Source: an uncultured delta proteobacterium (lineage in GTDB: Bacteria; Myxococcota_A; Polyangia; Fen-1088). From it: DNA of 64,000 nucleotides. Location of the stretch: positions 224,001 to 288,000 of the forward strand of contig CAVTRY010000007.1 in assembly GCA_963737265.1 (NCBI GenBank). Reading direction: 5' to 3'. Shown here in pieces: positions 58,014-64,000 of the stretch. The stretch's first letter is position 1, and each line of letters opens with the position of its first letter. Both the position numbers and the translations under genes were made by a program. The notes below the pieces were generated by a model. That model saw nothing but the letters and a program-made list of their open reading frames with translations. It did not search any database and was not told the DNA's origin.

Positions 58014-59435
58014 TCAGCGCGAAGCTTTCTTCCGGCTGTGGTAACGCTCGGCCAAACGGTCAGCGTACCCGTCGATCTGCTTACACGGAACGCGCGAAAT
58101 AGCCAGCGCCCCATCGCGAACGTCTTCAATGATGGTTGCGCCCGCGGCCACCACCGCGCGCTTGCCCACGCGCACCGGCGCGACCAATTGCGTGTCGGAG
58201 CCGATGAAGGCACCGTCTTCGATGATGGTTTGGCATTTCTCGTAGCCGTTGTAGTTGCACGTGATGGTGCCGGCACCCACGTTGACCTTCTCGCCGACAA
58301 TCGTGTCGCCGAGGTACGTTAGGTGGTTCGCCTTGCTGCCGCGGCCGAGACGCGTCTTCTTGGTCTCGACGAAATTGCCCACGTGCACCTCGGGGCCGAG
58401 CTCGGTTCCCGGTCGCAGATGGGCGAACGGACCGACCTTGGCGTTCTCGCCGATGGTCGCCTGGCTGGCGACGCAGTAAGGAAGCAGCTGCGCGCCTTTG
58501 CCGACGACGGTGTCGCTCAGGTTCACGCCGTCGCCGACGCGCGCGAAGGCGGCGATGCGGGTGTTTCCACGCAGCACGACGTTGCGGCCGATCTCGGCGT
58601 CGGGTTCGATGGTCACCGAAGCCTCGACCACGACGTCGTCCGGCGCGCGGAAGGTCGCGCGCTCCATGTGTCCGTCGACGATGCGACGGCAAAGGATCTT
58701 TTCCGCCGCCGCCAACTGCGCGCGATCGTTGACCCCGGACACTTCCTCCACTGCGACGTCGACCGATACCACCCCGATGCTCGACGCGGCCCTGGCGACG
58801 ATGTCGGTCAGGTAGTATTCGCCCTGGGCGTTGCGCGCCGACAGCTTACTCGTCGCCTGGCGCAGGAACTCCGCCGGCGCGGCGTAAATGCCGGCATTGA
58901 TCTCGGCAATCTCGCGTTGTTTGGACGTGGCGTCCCGGTGTTCGACCACCTCGCGGATCTTGCCGCGCTCGTCCCGTACCATGCGGCCGTAGCCCGTCGG
59001 ATCGGGCACCACCGAGGTCAGCATCGCCAGCGATCCGCTCTGGGTTGCTTTCTTCACCAGGGCCATCAGCGTTTCCGTGCGCAGCAGCGGAACGTCGCCA
59101 TACAGGATCACCACCATGCCGTTGAAATTCGCCAGCGGTTTCAGCCCTAGTCGCACCGCATGGCCGGTTCCCTTCTGCTCCTTCTGATTGACCACCGTGA
59201 CGCAGTTCGGTCCGAAGCGGCTTTCGAGCGTCTTCGCCACGTCGTCGATCTGATGCCCGAGCACCGCCACGATGGGCGACGCGCCGAGATCCCGAGCGCG
59301 CTCGACGGCGTAGGCCGCCATGGGAACGCCGAGCAACGTGTGCAGGACCTTGGTTTTGGCCGAATTCATCCGGGTTCCCTTCCCGGCGGCGAGGATGAGA
59401 CATGCGGTTTTCACTTTTGCGGGACGTCGGCTCAC
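58014..59435 (-). CDS. glmU: Bifunctional UDP-GlcNAc pyrophosphorylase / GlcN-1-P acetyltransferase
   Basis: LAAGKGTRMNS, QKGTGHAV, EINAGIY, NAQGEYYLTD, GPFAHLRPG, HLTYLGD, GAGTITCNY. Confidence 0.96.
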   Translation of the reverse strand: MSRRPAKVKTACLILAAGKGTRMNSAKTKVLHTLLGVPMAAYAVERARDLGASPIVAVLGHQIDDVAKTLESRFGPNCVTVVNQKEQKGTGHAVRLGLKPLANFNGMVVILYGDVPLLRTETLMALVKKATQSGSLAMLTSVVPDPTGYGRMVRDERGKIREVVEHRDATSKQREIAEINAGIYAAPAEFLRQATSKLSARNAQGEYYLTDIVARAASSIGVVSVDVAVEEVSGVNDRAQLAAAEKILCRRIVDGHMERATFRAPDDVVVEASVTIEPDAEIGRNVVLRGNTRIAAFARVGDGVNLSDTVVGKGAQLLPYCVASQATIGENAKVGPFAHLRPGTELGPEVHVGNFVETKKTRLGRGSKANHLTYLGDTIVGEKVNVGAGTITCNYNGYEKCQTIIEDGAFIGSDTQLVAPVRVGKRAVVAAGATIIEDVRDGALAISRVPCKQIDGYADRLAERYHSRKKASR

Positions 59436-59533
59436 AGGGGGAACTCCTTCGCGGTGCGGGGCATTCTACGTCAAAGTCTCGCTCTGGCGTCTTTTCCGCG
59501 CGAATCACGAATACGGTATAGAATCTCTCGTCG

Positions 59534-61558
59534 ATGGCACCCTACGTGCTCGTGGTCGAGAGCGACCCCGAATTGCAGCGTCGCATCGGGGATACCCTCT
59601 CCGAAGCGCACTACGCGCTTGCCGCCGAGGCCGAAATCGGCTGGGCCAAGCGCAGCATGCTCATCCAGCCGCCCGACGCCGTGGTGGTCGACACAGCCTT
59701 GCCCGATGGCAGCGGTTTCATGCTTGCCGAGGAAGTCCGCCGGGTGGCAGAAACCGAAAATACACCCATCTTCTTCGTGGCGACGACCCACCGCGGGGCC
59801 AGTCACGCCAGCGAGGCCAAGCGGCGCTTCGCCCCCGCCGAGTATCTGACCGCGCCGCTCGACGTGTCCCGCCTGCTGGCGCTGCTGCTCGAAATGGTTC
59901 CCCCCAGCGAGCCGACGACGCTGGAGCCGGTGGTTGCCGACTATCCGGGCTCGGCCATCGTCGATCTCGACGACGTCAGTGACGTCGATGACCTCGATCA
60001 AAAGCGCGAGCGCCGCCACGTCGAATCGACGGCCAAGCATATGGTTCCGAGCCACGCCGACTTGCGCGGATCGCTGGCGCGTCAGCCGTTCGCCCATGTT
60101 TTGCAGCGGATCTACGCTGGCCGTCTGTCCGGCGCGCTCTTGCTCACGAATGCGTCGGTCAAGAAAATCGTCTCCATGGAAGGCGGTTACCCGGTCGCCG
60201 TGCGCTCCAACGTTCCCACCGAGTGCTTGGGGCAGATTCTGCTCCAGCAACGGATGATTTCAGCCGAGAGCCTCGCCGAATCGCTGCGCCAAATGAAGCT
60301 GAGCAAGCGGCGCCAGGGCGAGCTTCTGGTCGAGATGGGCGCCCTCTCTCCTTACAATCTGTCGCGCGCCTTGGTGTTGCAGATGGAGGCCAAGCTGCTC
60401 GAGGTGTTCTCGTGGCGCGATGGCCGCTTCTCGTTCAAGAAGGGTCAGCCGGGGCACGACCAGCAGGTGCGGCTGGATCGCTCGCCGGCGGCGCTCATCC
60501 TTGAAGGCATTCGGCGCAGCTACGACGCCGAACGCATGCACAGCGTGCTTGGCCCCTTTATCGGTCTATACCTCATGCCGTCCCCCGATCGCCGGCAGCG
60601 CCTGCAGGACATCACCGCCGATCCCAACGAGCAGCGCTTCATCGACAGCCTCGACGGCAGCGTGAAGTTCGAAACCGCGCTCGCCTCGACCATGGTTCCC
60701 ACCGATCGTGCTCGGCTGCTGCTGGTGGCGATGGCCGAGGCGGGCATGATCATCCCTGCCCGCCAGTCTACGCGCCAGCCCACCCAACCGCACGTGCCTG
60801 CCTCGGCCCAACAACCTGAGCCCGCGGAGGACTCGCAGCCTCATCTGTCCGCTGGCGAGCGCAGTCGCGACGATCTTGCGGCGATCCTGGAAGTCATGCG
60901 CCACCAGACCCACTTTGAAGTGTTGGCCCTGGATCGAGAGGCGACGCAGACCGAGGTCGATACCGCGTACGAGGTCCGCGCGCGCGACTTTCACCCCGAT
61001 CGCTTTCGCCCGCGGCCGGAAGACGTGCGCGTGGTGGCGGAGCGTATTTTCGAACGCCTGGAAGAGGCGCACGCCGTGCTTTCGGATGCGACCGCGCGTC
61101 GGCGTTACATCGCGCAGCTCGACCGGGCGAAGACGCAGAAGGCCGCCGGTGGGGCCGAGCCCGCGCCAACCGGCGAGTCCCCGCAGGTGGTCGCCGAACG
61201 TATCTATTTTCAGGGCGTGGCGCATCTGCGGGCGCGCCGCTACCGCGACGGCGCCGAGGCGTTCCGCCAGGCCACCGCCTTGGCCCCGGCCCAGGCCAGC
61301 TATCGCAGCGCGCTTGGCTGGGCCCTGTACCGCCAGGCCCCGGCGGATGCGCGCGCGGTGGCCGCGGGACTTGCCGAATTGCTCCGCGCCGTCGATTCCG
61401 ACTTGAAGAATCCGTGGTCGCGCGTTTCCCTCGGCCGCTTCTACGCCGAAACCGGGATGCCCGACGAGGCCATCCGGGTTTTCGAGGAAGTTCTGCGCAT
61501 GAGCCCCGGATTATCTGATATCGAAGAGGAAATTCGCCGTCTCAGAGGAGCATCATGA
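59534..61558 (+). CDS. Receiver + DUF4388-like + J-domain + TPR protein
   Basis: N-terminal REC (PDAVVVDTALPDGSG), LGQILLQQ...GELLVEMG, HFEVLAL...FHPDRF J-domain, C-terminal TPRs. Confidence 0.8.
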   Translation: MAPYVLVVESDPELQRRIGDTLSEAHYALAAEAEIGWAKRSMLIQPPDAVVVDTALPDGSGFMLAEEVRRVAETENTPIFFVATTHRGASHASEAKRRFAPAEYLTAPLDVSRLLALLLEMVPPSEPTTLEPVVADYPGSAIVDLDDVSDVDDLDQKRERRHVESTAKHMVPSHADLRGSLARQPFAHVLQRIYAGRLSGALLLTNASVKKIVSMEGGYPVAVRSNVPTECLGQILLQQRMISAESLAESLRQMKLSKRRQGELLVEMGALSPYNLSRALVLQMEAKLLEVFSWRDGRFSFKKGQPGHDQQVRLDRSPAALILEGIRRSYDAERMHSVLGPFIGLYLMPSPDRRQRLQDITADPNEQRFIDSLDGSVKFETALASTMVPTDRARLLLVAMAEAGMIIPARQSTRQPTQPHVPASAQQPEPAEDSQPHLSAGERSRDDLAAILEVMRHQTHFEVLALDREATQTEVDTAYEVRARDFHPDRFRPRPEDVRVVAERIFERLEEAHAVLSDATARRRYIAQLDRAKTQKAAGGAEPAPTGESPQVVAERIYFQGVAHLRARRYRDGAEAFRQATALAPAQASYRSALGWALYRQAPADARAVAAGLAELLRAVDSDLKNPWSRVSLGRFYAETGMPDEAIRVFEEVLRMSPGLSDIEEEIRRLRGAS

Positions 61559-62472
61559 TTCAGTCCGATTTCGCCTGGATGAACGGGAAGCTCATCCCCT
61601 TCGCCCAAGCGACCACCCACATTTCCGCCTTCACCTTGCACTACGGGGTGGCTGCCTTCGAAGGCATCCGCTGCTACAAACGCGCGGACGGCCGCAGCGC
61701 CGTGTTTCGCCTGCGCGAGCACATCGAACGCCTATTCGCCTCCATGAAGGTATGCGGCAACGACGTGCCGTATTCGGTAGAGCAAGTCGAAGCCGCATGT
61801 CTTGAAGTGCTGCGCGCCAACAAGCTCGACGAAGCCTACCTGCGCCCGCTGGTCTATGCCGGAGCCGGATCGCTGGGGCTCGGCGCGAAGGACGCGCCCA
61901 TCGAGACCGTGGTTATCGCCTTTCCCTGGGGCGCCTACCTTGGCGAGGAAGCTTTGGCCAAGGGGATTCGCGCCCACGTTTCCACCTTCGTGCGCGGGCA
62001 CGTGAACCACACCATGAGCAAGGCCAAGATCTCGGGCCAGTACGTGAATTCGGTGCTGGCCAAGCGCGAGGCGCAGCGCCAGGGCTTCGACGAGGCCATT
62101 ATGCTCGACGCCGACGGCCGCGTGGCCGAGGGCACGGGCGAGAACATCTTCGCCGTGCACAAGGGGCGCATCTACACCCCGCCGCTCGACATGCCCATTC
62201 TCGAAGGCATCACGCGCGACGCGGTCATCACCCTGGCCAAGGCCGCCGGCTTCGAAATCGTCGAGCAGTCGTTTACGCGCGACTTCCTCTATCAAGTGTC
62301 CGAGGTTTTTTTCACCGGCACCGCCAGCGAGGTCACGCCGGTACGCGAAGTCGACCGTCGCACCATCGGCACCGGGCAGCCCGGGCCGGTCACGCGCAAG
62401 TTGCAGGCGGCCTATTCCGCGGTGGTGAAGGGGCCAGGCGAACCTCATCCCGAATGGCTTGCGTACGCCTAA
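61555..62472 (+). CDS. ilvE: Branched-chain amino acid aminotransferase
   Basis: [53 protein letters not shown]. Confidence 0.95.
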   Translation: MIQSDFAWMNGKLIPFAQATTHISAFTLHYGVAAFEGIRCYKRADGRSAVFRLREHIERLFASMKVCGNDVPYSVEQVEAACLEVLRANKLDEAYLRPLVYAGAGSLGLGAKDAPIETVVIAFPWGAYLGEEALAKGIRAHVSTFVRGHVNHTMSKAKISGQYVNSVLAKREAQRQGFDEAIMLDADGRVAEGTGENIFAVHKGRIYTPPLDMPILEGITRDAVITLAKAAGFEIVEQSFTRDFLYQVSEVFFTGTASEVTPVREVDRRTIGTGQPGPVTRKLQAAYSAVVKGPGEPHPEWLAYA

Positions 62473-62487
62473 GATTGGCCTTGTAAC

Positions 62488-63444
62488 ATGAATCGTAAAC
62501 GCGTCCTGGTGACCGGAGGAGCGGGCTTCGTGGGCTCGCATTTGTGCGAACGCTTGCTCGCCGACGGACACGAAGTCGTATGTCTCGACAATTTTTTCAC
62601 CGGCACCCACGCCAACGTCGCCCACCTGCGCGACAACCCGCGCTTCGAACTGTTCCGCCACGACGTCCAGGAAAGCCTCACCATGGAGGTGGACCAGATT
62701 TTCCACTTGGCTTGCCCTGCCTCGCCCATCCACTACCAGCGCAATCCCGTGCGCACGATTCGCACGGCGGTCGAAGGCACGCTCAATCTACTCGACGTGG
62801 CTCGCGAGTGCGGCGCGCGCATGCTGATTGCTTCGACCTCCGAGGTATACGGCGATCCCGCCGAGCATCCGCAGACCGAAGCCTACTGGGGCAACGTCAA
62901 TCCCATCGGCCCGCGCGCCTGCTACGACGAAGGCAAGCGTTGCGCCGAGGCCCTGGCCACCGCCTACGCCAGCCAATACGGCGTCCAGGTTCGCATTGCG
63001 CGCATCTTCAATACCTACGGCCCGCGCATGCACGAGAACGACGGTCGCGTGGTTTCCAACTTCATCGTGCAAGCCCTTGCGGGCAAGCCGCTCACCCTGT
63101 TCGGCGACGGCAAGCAGACGCGCTCGTTCTGCTACGTCAGCGATCTCGTCGAGGGCTTCGTCCGCCTGATGGCCAGCGAGCACGGCTGCGATCCGGTGAA
63201 CCTCGGCAATCCGCGCGAAAGCACCATGGTCGAATTGGCGACGCTCATCCGGAGCATGGCGGGCTCGACCTCCGAGCTTGTCCATGCGCCTTTGCCCAAG
63301 GACGATCCCGTGCGCCGCAACCCCGACATCAGCCGCGCCAAGAAGCTTCTGTCCAACTGGGCGCCCGCCGTTCCCCTCGAACAGGGCCTCGCCGCAACCA
63401 TCGCGTACTTCAGAACCGTGCTCTACCCGCCATGCCCAATCTAG
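62488..63444 (+). CDS. UDP-glucuronate decarboxylase (UXS-like SDR)
   Basis: [58 protein letters not shown]. Confidence 0.93.
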   Translation: MNRKRVLVTGGAGFVGSHLCERLLADGHEVVCLDNFFTGTHANVAHLRDNPRFELFRHDVQESLTMEVDQIFHLACPASPIHYQRNPVRTIRTAVEGTLNLLDVARECGARMLIASTSEVYGDPAEHPQTEAYWGNVNPIGPRACYDEGKRCAEALATAYASQYGVQVRIARIFNTYGPRMHENDGRVVSNFIVQALAGKPLTLFGDGKQTRSFCYVSDLVEGFVRLMASEHGCDPVNLGNPRESTMVELATLIRSMAGSTSELVHAPLPKDDPVRRNPDISRAKKLLSNWAPAVPLEQGLAATIAYFRTVLYPPCPI

Positions 63445-64000
63445 AAAGTGGCACGGAGGCAACCTCCGCGTCTCCGCGCAAAACCCTGATCGTCCTCGCT
63501 GCCTTTGCGCTCGCCGGGGTCGCGTTCGCCGGGGTCTCGTCGTACGACTTCATCGCGCATCTCGACCGCCAGGTGCACGCAATCACCTGTTCGATCGTGC
63601 CTGGGCTCGGGCCGCGCGACGCCAGCGGCGCGTCCGGCTGCCACACCGTGCTGATGAGCCCATACTCGTCGGTGCTGCGCGATCTGACGTGGGGCGGAAT
63701 TCCCATTGCGCTGCCCGCATTCGGCGTCTTTGCGTTTTTGCTCTTTCGCGCCGTCGACCTGCTGCTGCGCAAGCGCATGGTGCGCAGCGAGACCGGCTTC
63801 ATGGTGGTGGCCACAGTCTTGCCGGTGTTGACGTCGATCGCCTATTCGATCGTGTCGGCGACAAAGATCGGGACGTTCTGCAAAGTCTGCGTGGGGATTT
63901 ACGCATCATCGCTGGGCGTGTTCGTGGCCGCGATCACCGCTCACCTGCTGACCAGCCCAAGCGCGGAGGGGCACGCCCGAAAGGGTTCGACGTTGAGCCT
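63432..64000 (+). CDS. VKOR-family membrane thiol oxidoreductase (partial, runs off the window end)
   Basis: Manual translation: TM, loop cysteines (ITCS...SGCHTVLMSPYS), further TMs, CKVC redox motif. Confidence 0.8.
   Translation, partial: MPNLESGTEATSASPRKTLIVLAAFALAGVAFAGVSSYDFIAHLDRQVHAITCSIVPGLGPRDASGASGCHTVLMSPYSSVLRDLTWGGIPIALPAFGVFAFLLFRAVDLLLRKRMVRSETGFMVVATVLPVLTSIAYSIVSATKIGTFCKVCVGIYASSLGVFVAAITAHLLTSPSAEGHARKGSTLS

Overview
GC-rich bacterial window with gene content typical of Myxococcota (TPR and zinc-ribbon proteins, Cys-rich lipoproteins, a receiver/J-domain hybrid). The taxonomy is an inference. Housekeeping genes: rplU-rpmA-obgE, aspartokinase, two Hsp20, miaB, glmU, ilvE, cobQ, and an 11-gene nuoABCDHIJKLMN cluster lacking nuoEFG. 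Three features stand out. (1) A two-gene operon (10166-17713) has the Act1-Act2-Red1 / Red2 layout of anaerobic plasmalogen or ether-lipid synthases (PlsA/PlsR, Ger type), and its second subunit is fused in frame to a complete GltD/NfnB/DsrL-like NAD(P)H flavin-FeS oxidoreductase plus ferredoxin domain. (2) A decaying, integrase-less integron (18054-22710) has an attI-like site, four attC sites, two toxin-antitoxin cassettes, and a group II intron inserted antisense into an attC and then truncated by an ISKra4 element. (3) A second ISKra4-like element with a 9-bp target duplication splits a fructosamine kinase gene and creates an in-frame kinase-transposase ORF. Several single-base frameshifts share one sequence context, which suggests systematic long-read errors. 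All family assignments come from motif recognition by eye; no searches were run.
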